64,000 bases of DNA from Paraspadella gotoi (GCA_051294375.1 JBJCIZ010000046.1:1-64000), one strand, 5' to 3'; shown: positions 38,861-52,830, counted from the stretch's first letter. Translations and numbers: made by a program. Notes: generated by a model from the sequence alone, not told the origin.

Positions 38861-39282
38861 ACTTATCATCATCGATGTCCTTAAATCTGGGTTAGGACAG
38901 TTTATTAAATATGTTTTGCTTATACATTTTATCCAAAACAAACAAATATCCTCTATTTTATTTATTCTCCTTCTCTCTCTCTCTCTCCACTCTCTCTCTC
39001 TCCTACATCCGTCCCTAGTTCTCCTATTGCAACCTTGCGACCATCTTTATCTTTTTAAGATTTGCTTTAACTGCATCGATTTTTTTCACACTTAATAATT
39101 AATTAATTAATTAATTAAAACATTTATTAGTAATCCATTAATATCTAAAGATTCAATTTGTAAAATGTGACTTATGTTTCTTNNNNNNNNNNNNNNNNNN
39201 NNNNNNNNNNNNNNNNNNNNNNNNNNNNNNNNNNNNNNNNNNNNNNNNNNNNNNNNNNNNNNNNNNNNNNNNNNNNNNNNNN

Positions 39283-42200
39283 GCCTATGTCCAAACTGGA
39301 TCTCATGAGGAGACATTTCTGTCTTCCAGCCTATGATGGGCGTGGCGTTCAGCAGCAACATTAAGTGAGGGAGGTGATCCAGCCATTTTCTCGGTTGGTC
39401 CTCAACAGCTTTACGGAGGGCTTGACGTATTCTGCCGATGTCCCTCTCTGCCCTATTACTGTCCTTTCTCCCAACTAAGACTCTTCTGCCAACTGTGTCG
39501 AGCAGGTCCAGTATGGAGCTCATTGCCTTTCCGTTTAGTTGTGTTGCGCCATCAAAGTTAACTTCCATATAAGAGCCGTGCTGGAGGAAGATCCTTTCAT
39601 CTAGTGCTTTCACGATCGTTTNNNNNNNNNNGCGGCGTAGTGGGATAGCCCACGTGTATGCAGATGCATTGTCAGATGCAACTAAGGCATAGTTAAATCC
39701 AGCTACTGGGGGAAGATGCATTACATCGATGCTCAGTGATTCCCATGGAGTGATGGCTAAATTTGGAGCTGACGGAGTTTCATTGTTTCTCTGTGCATCA
39801 GTAGCTTTTGCGCAGTTATCACAGTTTCTTACACATCTTGCTGCGGCGGCCGATAACCCTGGTGCTGTGACATATTGAGCTGATATAAATGCTGTGCGAT
39901 CGCGGCCGGGGTGTCCATAATGTTGATGTATTTTTCTTATTATCTCTTCGATTCTACTAGGTGGAACAACGAACTTTGTGGTTGGGTTATCTGCTTTATA
40001 ACCTTTTAATATCANNNNNNNNNNTTCAGTTATGTCAAGATCAGCGAGGACGTTTGTAAGGTACTTTTCGGTTAAAGTCTTTCTTTTTTGCATTTTTTCA
40101 TTTAGCATTCTCTCGGCGTTAGCCCGGTCATTTTGTTGCAAGGCCTTTATGACGATTTTGAATACCTCGTCTTCCTGTTGCCATTGTCTAACGTGTGTCG
40201 CTAATGGCATGAGTTTTATTTCTATCTTGTCAGGATTCGCTGCTTCCTCTGCTATTTCTGGGGCTGAGGCGTCGACGTCTGCCTCCATTGTGCTGTCGAT
40301 CATTAACTCTTCTTTTGCGCCGGGCCATTTCGATTGAATTGTTTGCACTGAGGCTTGTTGAGTTGTTGTGATTGGCGTTGGTGGCGTTCTTGCGTCGTTT
40401 GGTTCTGGCATCTCTACATGGACTAAGTCCTCTGGCAACGCCTCCCAGCGATGGCTGGCGATCTTTTGTTTCTTTGGTCTTCCTCTCAGCTCTGGTTTTC
40501 TCAGATTCTCTACGCTGATTGTCTGGATGTTCTCATTTGCTGGGCGTATGAGAGGCGTGTCGGATTTTCGCGACTGATGAGACTGACTTGTCCAGTTATG
40601 GTTCTAAATATTTTTATTCGTCGACGTGGTCGGTCGGTCCGTATGTCTTTCAAACTTACACCCGGCCTCTCGTGTCGAGTCCTCTTCCATCATTGTGATT
40701 GCGATGCCTGTCATTTCGCCTAACATTTCAGTTCTGGATGGCCTAAACTCCAGTCTTAGGCAGATATTGTTCTGACGAAGGCGTCAGCGTCCTTCGTCTT
40801 TGGTTTCCCATACAACTTTTCTATGTTCTTTTGATTGATGCAAATTTTTGTCGTACAAATTCGAAAAACTTTGTTCTGAAAGCTTTTTGTTCCTCTCCCA
40901 GTGTTTGGGCCACCAAGGCAAGAGTGGGTGCATGGCCTGTTATTAAATCTAGATGTTCTGGGGTCACGTGATCTTGTACTGGGTTTTCGGCAAATCCTGG
41001 TTCATAATCGCCGTCGACATCGAAGCCGGCGGGGAAAAAAATGGGTGTCGAGGGGTGTGACCTGTCCTTGCTCAGTGAATCGTGTTAAGAAGTCGGCCGG
41101 ATTGTCTTCGCTTTTCACTAGGATAATTTCTTTGGTTGGCATTCTTGCCGGATTTCCGTTATCCATCTTAAGACGTTTGTCGGGAGCATTTGTTGTCGGT
41201 CATGCTGTAGATCATCTTTACTCTTTTAAAGTATTGGGAATCAGTTACTAAGGTCACCCTTCTCCGCACGTGTACCCTTGAACTTTCGCACCATCATGTT
41301 AAAGGCCAGGGTTTCTAAAGACATTGATGTGCTTTGATCGGTATTCTTCGGGGAATGATTGAGTGAAATGAGAGCGGATATTCGACGCCGTCGGCTGTGG
41401 CGGTGATTAATCCGCCCATGGCGCTGGTACTAGCGTCCGCGTAAATTCGATAGAACCATTCTTGATTCTGGCATCATAAAAAGTTTAACTGGGCAAGCCT
41501 TGATTTCGTCAACAAGGGTTGGAGCATCTCGATTGTGTTCGGAGAGCTTGAAATCTTTTCTTGTCGGTAAGGTTAGGGCATGAAGGGGTTGGGCGATGTA
41601 AGAAAATCGATGCGTAAAGCATCTGTATAGTTTAAGGAAGCTAGCATTGCTCTTAGTTCCTTTTGCGTTTTGAGAGCTTAGCTTTAACTCGACTGCTTGA
41701 AGCTTTTCTTTTTGTGGGAGGAGCCTGCTTTTGGAGATGCTGAACCCAGTATCTTGATGTCTTCCTTTCTGAGGAGGACACTCTTCTTCCCATTTGAGGA
41801 CGACGTTTTCGTCTCGGCATCTCTGCAGTAGATCTCTGAGTCTCTGTGCCATGTCTTCGGGTGACTTGGCTGTGAGTATGANNNNNNNNNNNNNNNNNNN
41901 NNNNNNNNNNNNNNNNNNNNNNNNNNNNNNNNNNNNNNNNNNNNNNNNNNNNNNNNNNNNNNNNNNNNNNNNNNNNNNNNNNNNNNNNNNNNNNNNNNNN
42001 NNNNNNNNNNNNNNNNNNNNNNNNNNNNNNNNNNNNNNNNNNNNNNNNNNNNNNNNNNNNNNNNNNNNNNNNNNNNNNNNNNNNNNNNNNNNNNNNNNNN
42101 NNNNNNNNNNNNNNNNNNNNNNNNNNNNNNNNNNNNNNNNNNNNNNNNNNNNNNNNNNNNNNNNNNNNNNNNNNNNNNNNNNNNNNNNNNNNNNNNNNNN

Positions 42201-43694
42201 NNNNNNNNNNNNNNNNNNNNNNNNNNGGTGGAAACATGCCAGAATGTCGACGGAACATTGCAGTTCATGTGGCTTGTATTGCTCAAGGATTGAGGAGATT
42301 GTCTGTGGTTCCGTGGCGTATGNNNNNNNNNNNNNNNNNNNNNNNNNNNNNNNNNNNNNNNNNNNNNNNNNNNNNNNNNNNNNNNNNNNNNNNNNNNNNN
42401 NNNNNNNNNNNNNNNNNNNNNNNNNNNNNNNNNNNNNNNNNNNNNNNNNNNNNNNNNNNNNNNNNNNNNNNNNNNNNNNNNNNNNNNNNNNNNNNNNNNN
42501 NNNNNNNNNNNNNNNNNNNNNNNNNNNNNNNNNNNNNNNNNNNNNNNNNNNNNNNNNNNNNNNNNNNNNNNNNNNNNNNNNNNNNNNNNNNNNNNNNNNN
42601 NNNNNNNNNNNNNNNNNNNNNNNNNNNNNNNNNNNNNNNNNNNNNNNNNNNNNNNNNNNNNNNNNNNNNNNNNNNNNNNCCCACACAATTTCCCAGACTA
42701 GGTGAGCCTTGTCTTGGAGAGACGGGTCTACGTCTTTGAAGGGTTTTAGGAATGCTTCCTTTCCGCTGGTGCGTCATGTTTTTGGCGCCTGTCTTGGCCT
42801 GGCTTCTCCTCGACTGCTTTGATCTCTTCTTTCCGTTGGTTTTGTGATGAACTATCTAGTCGTGGCGGGGATATGGTCTTTTCTCACTTCCTGGTACGGG
42901 TTTTTCCTGTTAAGTCGCCGCCTGGACTGGGTTCGGCTGTGGATCCTGTTTCAAGTCCTAGTTCGGATCTTGCCTGATTGGTTATTAGAGGTTCTTGCCT
43001 GTGCCCCAGGGTCCTGGATGGGCGTACAAATTCAACTCCTTCTCTCAGTTGGTCCCGTCTGCGACGATGTGCTTCTCTCCATTCCTGGACTCGATTATCC
43101 ACCTGGTACTGGCCAGGGTTTTCCAATATGGTTTATAGTGGAGGTTAGTATGATCCTTCCCTCCGCGTTTTGTTCGCGTGAATCGGCCACCATGTGTGTG
43201 TTCATCCACGTTTTCCCGAGCAGCAACCATCTGGCAGCCTTCAAGGCCTCGTATTTGTCTCGGAACAAGTGGGTTACGGGCTTTTTCCCATGGAGGCGAC
43301 CTGGAGGTCGTGTCTTTGGTTAGATGGTTGTACTACCCACAATTGGTCTGGAGGCCCGGGGTTGGTGACTGCCGTTCCTATGATGATGTCGTCTGATCAT
43401 TCCTCATCCGCGGAGATACAACGTTTTTAGGGTCCATTTTTGGAACATGATTCTTAAGTTTATTCTTCTGGTGAGAGTGATGGTTCCAGTGGCTGTTGAC
43501 AGCCTGAGAGGGGTTCCGTGGTAAATGTGTTTCGACAAGGCCCATTTTTCGATGAACTTTCGTGGGACAGTGTTTACGGATGCCCCTGTATCATACAGGC
43601 AGCTTGCTGGTGCTCCTGCGATTACAGCTGGAATGTAGCTGTTTTTCCTCTGTGTGACATATTTTTGCGGTGTCGTCTCTGGGCTCAGGTCCAC
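39283..43694 (-). pseudogene. pol: Family B pol (frameshifted, gapped)
   Basis: DTG protease; VDILACFH and ILTAKSPEDMAQRL (RT); HQHYGHPG..CDNC, SIDVM, NFDGA, RAERDI (integrase). Confidence 0.85.
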
Positions 43695-43699
43695 TTTTT

Positions 43700-45934
43700 C
43701 CTTTAATGATGTTTGTTAGATTTTCGGGTAAGATTGGGCATCTCCTTTTCATCTTTGGTAGTGTCGGGGTATTGGTTGAGGTGACAAAAAATGTTCAGCT
43801 GGTGGCACTCTAATTCCACTCGCCTGATTGGTCGCCTGGTGGAGAGATTCGCCATTTTGTTCTCCAGCAATGATTTCGTAAGTAGGATTGTTTTTATCCC
43901 TGCTGGCCGGAGCTTCCTTTAGGGAAGGCTTACCCTGTCGCTTCGTCGGGTTGGGCCTACTTTTTCGCCTTTGCTGGGCTTTAGTTGGTTTGTTCTACTA
44001 GGATATTTTTGGTTGAGATTCCTGGTTGGGTTTGGTCCGGATGGCTTTTCTAAATAATTTAGCACAGGTTTTCGATCTTTTTATGATCGCCCTTTTTCCT
44101 GCTTGGTCAGCTTTACTCCAATCCGCCCAGCCCAGTTTATGGAGAAATTTGTTGGCGAGGGCGATCTCTCCTGCACCCAGGGGTTTAAGTAATTTATACA
44201 TCCTAGAAGCAGTTGATTTGCCTCTCAATCTGTTGGCCGTATTGGCTAATTCTTTGACTTTGTTTCTATCTTCGTCCTTCACTCGCTGTGTGTCCTCTCT
44301 CATCACCTTTTCTCCAAGGTTTTTATAAGAGTCTTTTAGAATTTGGTCTGTGCTGTTACTTTATCTTTCTACTCTCCTATGGTTTTTATTCCAACGCGGA
44401 TATAAGAATCATCTTTATTTACATCAAAGTCATCAGCGGAGTCAGTATTAAACTCATTAGTTACATCAACAATATCCCGTCTCTTTCCAAAGTGTGGAGC
44501 TTTCTTCCCTCTTTTTTCGTCGCGCCATCCTACTTTTTTTTTGTTTTTCCAGTCGCGGCTTTTGTCGAACCTCCTTTCGTCAGTTACGGCTGGGGCTGGG
44601 CGATCGCGGCGTTCATTAGCGGGCGATCCGGTTGGCGACTCCGTTTGGTTGGGAGGGCGCACCGTGCGCTGTCTAAGTCCTCTCTTCCAGTTCCTTTATC
44701 TTTTCATTTCATGTTGTTCATTTCCTGAAGAACAGTTCCTTGGTAAGGGCCGTGGCACTGTACCGGGTCTTCTATCCGTTTGCCTCTTTGGACGAGCGCA
44801 TTAATGAGCTTTTCTTTGTCGTCATCGGACACGGTCCTTATGATTTTCCTTATGGAGTTGTCGGCCGTTTTCTTTAAATATCCCCGGCAATTTATATTCA
44901 ATTGCTTTGCCGAGACGGCGGGTTTCGCCCTCTCTCGAGCATTGGGTCCATTCTAGCGTCTCCGACGTTATCCCTGGTACATTAGGGTTCCATAGCTTCC
45001 ACCAGCATCTGGGCAACGTAGTCCGGTATTGATGCTCTGTCCTTTTCTCTTACCGCCTCGAAGTTTTCTTTCGCGGCATTGACGAGGCCGAGGCCATATT
45101 TGGCATGGACCTGCGGGTCCACCTCGATCTTTGCTTCGGCGAGAGCCTCCGCGATGCTGACCGAGGAGCCCTCGCACAACGCGCGCAGTCCCAACCACAT
45201 GGATTGGTTGATGGGTTCAAGAACCTGTTCGCGGACCTTGTCTCGCGCAAGGAGGGCCCGAAGTTGCTTGGTCAACCTTGTCCGGCGAAGGGGAGTCTAT
45301 GAAGGCCTCGTAGAAGCTACAAAAAATCTCCGAGATTCTCCTCCTCTTTTCCAGTTTAATGGGCTGCTCGACGGGCGTATATAGGACGGCGGATCGCTTC
45401 TTCCGCTTTCCGAAGGGATTCCTCTGGTGTTGAAAGCCTTTTACTTAGAGTTTGGCTGGCAAAAGGCCCAGTTTGAGGGTTGACCGGCTGCAGCGGCGGC
45501 GGCGAGGGCGGCCGGCTGGGGTAGAGGTTAGATGCGTGGCGATGGAGTCTAGAGCTAGATGCGTCAGTCGTGTGTTGACGTCACGGCCGTTGTCGCGGGA
45601 CATCATGACTTTCATCATTTGATGAATTTCATCCATTTTTGTGCCGAAGCTTCGTCTCGGTTATCGTCGAATTTTTTTATTCATTCGTGCGTAGTTTTGG
45701 TCATTTTTTAAATTCGCACTGTTTATTAACGTAAGGATTTGGCGTGTCACTTTCCGCTTGATTCGTCTCCAATTGGCATTGCTCTAAGAGAGCTCCCGTG
45801 AGTTCGAACGTATGGTAGTCGAGATCCTGCGTGGCTGCTACCGTCTTCATTTGTTGCGGTGCCTGTGGCTGGCTTTGCGGCCCCTTTCTCCAGCCGGCTT
45901 TGGCTGGGGGAATAGTTGGGGCTGGGGAATCCAT
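43700..45934 (-). pseudogene. gag: Probable family B gag (fragmented ORFs)
   Basis: Run of - strand ORF fragments between the PBS and the protease; called by position only. Confidence 0.55.
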
Positions 45935-46006
45935 CTTTCCTTGAGGGGTGGGCGTGGTCGTTGTTTTGGTAAGGCTTGATTCTTCTTTTCTTGGAGAAGT
46001 GGGGTG

Positions 46007-46027
46007 TCGAATCCACTCCTGTCACCA
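46007..46027 (-). promoter_or_regulatory. Primer-binding site, tRNA-Leu-like
   Basis: TGGTGACAGGAGTGGATTCGA resembles the complement of a tRNA-Leu 3' end (..TCGAATCCCACTCCTG.CACCA), directly inside the LTR. Confidence 0.7.
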
Positions 46028-46029
46028 CA

Positions 46030-46378
46030 TTTAAGTAAATAGACAGGGTTTTGAACGTGAAACCAAAGTGGAATTTATTGATATAAAAACAGATATGAAG
46101 ACGGTGTCAATTTTGGACAGAATGATCAACTACAAAATTCTACATCTATTTATACAGAGCAAGTGGATCAGAGACGTGGGTAAATTTTACAGCCTCTTCG
46201 CTCATTGGCCGCTTCCATTTGAGTCTCGGCCAATCAGAGAGCTCGATTCCTTTTTGGTAATTTCTTCCCGAGCCTCCGATCCGGTTCCATCTCTGTATCA
46301 GAGAGCTCGATTCCATTTCGGTGATTTCTCCTCGAGCTTCTGATCCGGTTCCAGCTCTGTATCTCCTGTGATGATACA
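46030..46378 (-). mobile_element. 5' LTR of family B copy 2
   Basis: Begins TGTATCA; internal short direct repeats; CCAAT, TATAAAT (~46150) and AATAAA (~46075); adjacent PBS. No clean CA end. Confidence 0.7.
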
Positions 46379-48998
46379 CTCAAATTTAATCATAAAAAAG
46401 GCGACGACGACAACGACGCCACTTATGTGCAAAATCGCAGGAAAATTGTCGCAATCGCGAGTTGCGTTGAGTGGCTACAGGGGAGTCATTGTGCGGACGT
46501 GGTGGAGACGGGGCCTCCACCACGCTTTTGATTTCACTTTTTCACTTTTCAATTTTTCACACTTTGTTATTTATTAATAGTTAATTGTTAAAAATATTTA
46601 TTTCACCTTTAGTTTCAACAATTTATCTTTGTTGTACATTACAAAAAATGTATTATCTTTCAAATGTTCTCTCTATTTCTCTCTCTCTCTCAATTTTTCA
46701 CCATTTAGTTTCTTTTCGCAATCTAGCTCATTCTGTCCTCACTTTAACCTGTCCTCACATCTGACCACTATTCTTCTCTCAACTCAACTTTGCCCTCTCT
46801 CTCTTTTTCTCTCTCTCTCTCTTTTCCATTGCACAAACTTTGTTTGAAATTTCACAAACATCTTTGACGCCGATGAAGGCTTGTACAATTAAACCCGAAA
46901 CATGTCCGTCTTACTAGTGCCTGAATCTAGATTCAGATTTTCAAAAAACTTTCAAAATATGATCAGAACCATATTTAATGGAAATTAGATACACAGCCGG
47001 AAGGTCAAGTATGCTCCAAAGGTTAGTAATAAAAATCGAGTTACTCGAATATGCAATTGAGATTAATGCGTCATCGTAAGGTTGAATATAAGGCAAAAAA
47101 GAGCATAAACATTTTAATAATAACAATTTTTTAAAAAAACAATTAATAAATATGTTTTAATTTGTTTTGATAGTTCTGAGAGCTTATTTATTAAATGAAT
47201 GGATAATTTTTATATTAGTTGTACCAATTTTATAAAATTCAGCTCCTTGTATTTTGATGCTGAGTGAAGTACAATAAAGTATTCCCCGATCTAATATTTA
47301 AGGGAGTGGTCTTTTCATACAATTGAAATATTTTTTGAAACATTATATCACTTCATTGATGGGAAGCCAGGTATTCTGGGAGTGAATAAACGAGACAGTG
47401 AAAGAGTTTTGATTGAAAGCTTGCAGGGACCTGTAAGAGTGATGGAGGCCTTAAACCACCAAAGTCTGTCCAAAATCAGGGGCAAGATAGCTCATTTATT
47501 AAATGAATGAATAATTTTTATATTGGTTGTACCAATTTCATATTATAAACACTTTTAATAGGGAAAAGTAATTGACTCTTTTTGACGAAAACTAACTTCT
47601 TCTTTTTCGATTTTTGTACCAATCGACTTTGTCGTCTTATAACTTTCGATTTTACTGGGACTTGTACCAATCGCTTTATCATTTAATAAGCTTTATTTTA
47701 TGTATCTATATCTTTGTAAAATTCAGCCATTTAATACGGTTTTTTTCGATGTAAAAAAGTGGGGTTTTTTTCGCCATAGTGTACAAGATAATGACAGAGC
47801 AGTTCCTTGCAAGCATTTAATCAAGACTCTTTCACACACTCGTTTATTCATTCCCACAATATAATTTTGACATAATTGTATTTGCAAGTACAAAAAGTAT
47901 ATTTTTTGCCAAATACTTTGACTTATTTTTTAATATATTATCAGAGGTAAAAGAAATAACAAGAATAAAAGTTTTTTTCTGAAAACATATAAGAAATATA
48001 GAGAGAGACTAAGAGAGAGAGAGAGGGAGAGAGAGAGAGAGAAAGACACAGATTGAGCCAAAAGTATGATTTTTAGATATAGGCTAGAGCTCCCAGAAAT
48101 ACCATGCATAGGAGTCTACGTCGTTCTTAGAAATCGAGGAAGACTTTTTCAATGGAGATTTTCGCTAAAATCTGACTACCAAACAATGTAAACGCCCCTG
48201 GGAAAAATTCAAAGAAAAAATAGATGTAAAAACACTCGATTCCGATCCTGTTGCATCTGAAGGGCTCGCATTTTTTTTCTCTTGACAAATAATCATCATT
48301 TTGACATCAAACCATCAGATTCAAATAGATTGGTCCGCTCTGGAGAATATTTTTGACGCGATTTTTATATATAAAATAAAGGGATTTCTCAACTTCAATA
48401 CAATGTTAACGCATTTAATATATGTTGTGATTTTACCATAAACTTCGAATTCAGGAATCCAATAACCATATGTCTGAAGGGCTCTCAAAATTTTTCTTTA
48501 CATTTTATTTGGTTATTTTGATATGATATGATCATGGGAAAGTGAATTAGTACATTTTGGTGAAATTTTTATTTAAAGTAAAAGTAAAAGAGGAGCTAAC
48601 GATCGGAATTCTAAGAGTTTTTAACCGAGAGTCAGATTCGGGAAAAATCTTCTATGGCGAAAATTTTCCAAAGAAGGGGTGGATTTTCCGAAGATTTTAG
48701 TTAATATTTTCTATATTTATGGTAGGATTTTTTTGAAACTTAATATTAACAATATTGCCATCATTCTGGTATAAGAATATATTAAAAAAACCTCTGGCTT
48801 TGTTCGTCAGAGCTTAGTCCTACCATGCATTTTAGAAAGTTCCGGAAGTGGTTCGACGCAAAAACTAGCGTGGAAAATCCATAATGAGCGTCCAGAAAAA
48901 AATTTTTATTGTGATTTTCGTTTTCTCCACTAAATTTGGCACAAGAAACTTTGCAGGTATCAGGAACTTTCATAAATGTATGATATTTTGGGAGGTCT

Positions 48999-49267
48999 AC
49001 TACAGGCGCCTCAACGCAGTCACAAAAGACAACCGCTTCCCCATCAAAAATTTGATGGATTTCAATGCACATGTCCCAGGCAAAACAATTTTTTCAAAAG
49101 TAGACCTTTGTAAAGGCTACCATCAAGTACCTGTAGCAGAGCAGGATATTTGCAAAACAGCCGTCATAACTCCTTTTGGCTCTTGGGAATTCCCGTTCAC
49201 CCCATTTGGTCTCAAGAATGCAGGTCCTGATTTTCAAAGGATGATGGACGAAGCCTTCAAAGATGTA
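48999..49267 (+). pseudogene. pol: Isolated RT fragment of family C, inverted relative to the nearby element
   Basis: YRRLNAVTKDNRFPIKNL...FQRMMDEA, nearly identical to the reverse complement of ~51939-52207. Confidence 0.9.
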
Positions 49268-49429
49268 GTAGTATATACTGGACAGTGAGATAGACATAAC
49301 TTTAGTAGGGCGATTTTTGACCACAGTACTGGGTATTAGTGGCCGGAGTGAGGGGGGGTGGTGGGTATAGTAGTAAGTATTAGTGTCCGGAGAGCAAGGG
49401 GGTGTGTAGCGGCGTGGAGTGAGGATTTG

Positions 49430-49892
49430 GAAATTCTCCTTGACCGAGTTTCGAATTTTGGGGTAAAAACTTCGCGCTAGACTCCGCTGGCAACAAAAAA
49501 TTCGTGGAGAAAAGTGGGAGAAAAAATTTGTGGAAAAAGAGTAAAGTTATACAAGTTATACAAGTTATTTCTTTAGTTTCTTTATGTGGTCTGAGAGAGA
49601 GAGAGAGAGAGAAAATATATATATAAGTTTTATCTTATTTGTTATATGAAATTCTCCTTGACCACTTTGTAAATTCGTCGGCCAAAACTTCACTCTTCAC
49701 TCCGCTGGCAACGAAAAATTTGTGGAGAAAATTGTGAGAAAAAATTTGTAGAAAAGAGAAAAAGAGAAAGAGAAAAAAAAATATAAGTTTTATTTTTATT
49801 TGTTATATGAAATTCTCCTTGACCACTTTGTAAATTCGTCGGCCAAAACTTCACTCTTCACTCCGCTGGCAACGAAAAATTCGTGGAGAAAA
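49430..49892. repeat. Three-copy tandem repeat (160-220 bp period)
   Basis: aaattctccttgacc...actccgctggcaac.aaaaatt.gtggagaaaa at ~49431, ~49649 and ~49810. Confidence 0.8.
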
Positions 49893-50524
49893 ACCATGGA
49901 AATTTTAGGAAAAAGGGGATTCTCAAAGTAGACGAATTTTAAAATTTGCGGGCAAAAAGTGGTTGTTATTCTGCACAGCTGGTCCCAATCCTTTTATACT
50001 CGCCGAGACAAAGAATCACTCGATCCTCGAGACTTCAAAATTTTGCTACTCTCTAATTGGTCCAGAAGTTCTCAATACACTCTCCTCATTGCCCAGAAAA
50101 TTTAGAGATCTTCCCCTTTCTCATCATCATCATCCTTCTTTCCGAGGCTCGGGACAGATGTTTTCCTGGTGACCAATTCTTCTTTCTCGACGAGAGAGAG
50201 AGAGAGAGACGGAGAGAGAGAGATGGAGATAGTAAGTCGAAGAAAATACACATTCATAGTTGATTTTAAAACTATTTTATTTAAATTTTCACGGAACATT
50301 TCGAAGGTCTTTGAAAATTTGTATTTTCCTGTGAAAATTTGTATTTTTTGTGTGAGAATTTAGTCAGATATTTTTTTTTTCAAATTTTCTATGCAATAGT
50401 TTTTACTTAATTTGTATTAATTTTTGTAAATATTCAGACAGAAAACCAATTTTTCCTAATTCTTTCATAAAAATTTCTAAGGCTTGCTGAGAATTTAAAA
50501 AATTCCGTGAGAATTTGTCAAATT

Positions 50525-51650
50525 ATGAGAATTTTTTCTCTTGTCCTCGGCCGGGGATGTCCACTGTGAAGGTCTTGTCATCTCTTAAGACTACTTTGTA
50601 AGGGCCCAAGTAGGGCATAGCTAGCGAGTGGCCCTGTTGGCCGCGGAGCACAAAAACCCAGTTTGCTGAGGCAAGACTGTGAGGAAGATGAACAGGTGGG
50701 TTTGAGTGCCAATTAGGAACTACTGGTCTGAACAATGCAACGTCGTGTCTCAAGTTTTGCAGCTCGTTTTGGGCATTTGCCTGGGATTGCTATTGTATCT
50801 CCGAATACAAGTTTTGCAGGTGATGCTTGTAGGTCTTCTTTTGGTGCGGACCTGAGTCCTAATAAGACCCAGGGTAGTTGATTGAACCAGTTTGCGCCGG
50901 ACGCATCACAACGCGCTTTCAATGATGCCTTCATGGTACGGTGAAACCGTTCGACTATCCCGTTCGCCTGTGGGTGGTAAGCTGTGGTGGTGTTGAGCTT
51001 GTAGCCTATAGCTTGGATCAGCTGATGCCACAATTCAGAAGTGAATTGTGTTCCACGGTCGGAAGTGACCGTGGCTGGTACACCGAATCTGGCGATCCAG
51101 TTCTGAAGGAAGGCTGTTGCTACGGTTACTGCGGAGATATCCCGAAGGGGATATGCTTCAGGCCAACGAGAAAAACGGTCTACACAGGTTAAAAGGTACG
51201 TGTAACCGCCTGAGGTGGGCAAGGGACCCACCAATTCAATGTGAATGTGTTCGAAACTCCTCAATGGTGCTTCGAAAGGTTGTAGTGGAGCCTGGGTGTG
51301 TCGTTGTACCTTGCTGCGCTGGCAGTCAAGGCAGGCCTGAGCCCATTTTGCCACGTCTGACGCGGCTTTTGGCCAAACAAATCTTTTTGTTACCAGCTTT
51401 TTTGTGCATCTGACACTCGGGTGAGCTAGGTTGTGGATGGCATCATAAACTCGACGGCGCCAAGTTGTGGGAACCAAGGGGCGCGCCCTGCCTGAACTGA
51501 TATCGCAGATGATGTCAAAGTCATTCAGGCGAACTATCTTGAATCGCAGGCTGGTGTGGGCGTCCGCCAGGAGTCGCTGGATCTCCTTGTCGGATCTTTG
51601 GTCGCCGGCTAAGGCAGCAAAATCGACGCCTTGGGGGCCAACTGCATTGA
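50525..51650 (-). pseudogene. pol: Family C integrase
   Basis: IHNLAHP..CLDC; HIELVGPL (first catalytic D appears as E); SDRGTQF; GIVERFH; PYLGPYKV after a frameshift. Confidence 0.88.
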
Positions 51651-52830
51651 CCGTTGGTAGTAGTTGAGCATGCCCAAGTATCTTTGAACCTCTTTGACTG
51701 ATGTTGGCTGTGGGAATTGTTTGATGTGTTCGACTTTTGTGTCCAATGGCCTGACGCCTGTTGCGTCTACCTGGTAACCAAGAAAGTCGAGTGATGGTAC
51801 GCCCAGTACGCATTTTGCCCTGTTCACTACTAAACCATTTGCTTGCAGGGTGTCAAACAGTAGTGTGAGATCTTGCATGTGTTCTTCTTTGTTGCTTGAG
51901 GCGACCAGGATGTCATCTAGATATACAAAGATGTGTGGTACATCTTTGAGGGCTTCGTCCATCATCCTTTGAAAATCAGGACCTGCATTCTTGAGGCCAA
52001 ATGGTGTGAATGGGAATTCCCAAGAGCCAAAGGGAGTGATGACGGCTGTCTTGCAAATATCCTGCTCTGCTACAGGTACTTGATGGTAGCCTTTACAAAG
52101 ATCTACTTTTGAAAAAATTGTTTTGCCTGCGACATGGGCATTGAAATCCATCAAATTTTTGATGGGGTAGCGGTTGTCTTTTGTGACTGCGTTGAGGCGC
52201 CTGTAGTCGCCGCAACATCTGAGTGAGCCATCAGGTTTTTTGACCACATGTAGTGGTGATGCCCAAGCACTCTTGCTCTTCCTTATAATGCCCAGCTTCT
52301 CCATTTTTGCAAATTCTTCTTTGGCTGCTTTGAGTTTGTCAGGCGCAAGTCGGCGTGCTTGGGAATGGACAGGCGGACCCTCGGTTGGAATGTGGTGTTC
52401 TACACCATGCTTGGTCTTCGAAGGGTCAAATCTGAGTTGTGTGAGTTCTGGGCGTTCGTCAATCAATTTGAAATAGGCATTATTGACTGTATTGACTCTG
52501 AAAGGCCTGTCCAGATAAGATTTGCCTGTGATTGTTGAAAAATCGTCAAGATCGACGAGTAGGCCGAGCTTGTGGTCGGCGGCTAAATGATGCTCCATCA
52601 GAAAATCAGCTCCAAGGATAGGGGTCGTAACGTCAGCAAGTACAGTTGTTAGTGTGTATGTGCGTCTTCCTAGTCTGATAGTGATTTGTTTGGTGTCGTA
52701 GGAAGAGATTGCAGACCCGTTTGCAGCAGGAAGTTGAGGCGCGGAGCCACCGCGGAGCTTTTCTGATGGAAGGTGCCATCAAAGTGACGCTTGCACCACG
52801 TTCCACAAGCCATGTCATGTTGTATGTTGT
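51651..52830 (-). pseudogene. pol: Family C protease remnant and reverse transcriptase
   Basis: WASPLHVVKK, GDYRRLN, KVDLCKGYHQ, PFGLKNA, YLDD, YLGMLNYY. Confidence 0.92.

Larger units (their letters stand above)
39283..46378 (-). mobile_element. Gypsy family B copy 2 (5' LTR, PBS, gag, PR, RT, RH, IN); 3' end lost at a gap
   Basis: CLYDTGASV protease (~43590), RT remnants around gaps, EDNPADFLTR RNase H (~41095), integrase ORF ~39283-40438. Confidence 0.88.

Noticed and set aside
46007-46027. tRNA gene (also 54945-54957)
   Set aside because: Only the 3' 13-21 nt including CCA are matched, next to an LTR; these are primer-binding sites.
46940-48780. Possible transposase or viral remnant
   Set aside because: Only short AT-rich ORFs and a ~50-bp direct repeat (~47185 and ~47495); no recognisable motif.
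49430-49892. CRISPR-like array
   Set aside because: Eukaryotic context, long degenerate units, no unique spacers and no cas genes.
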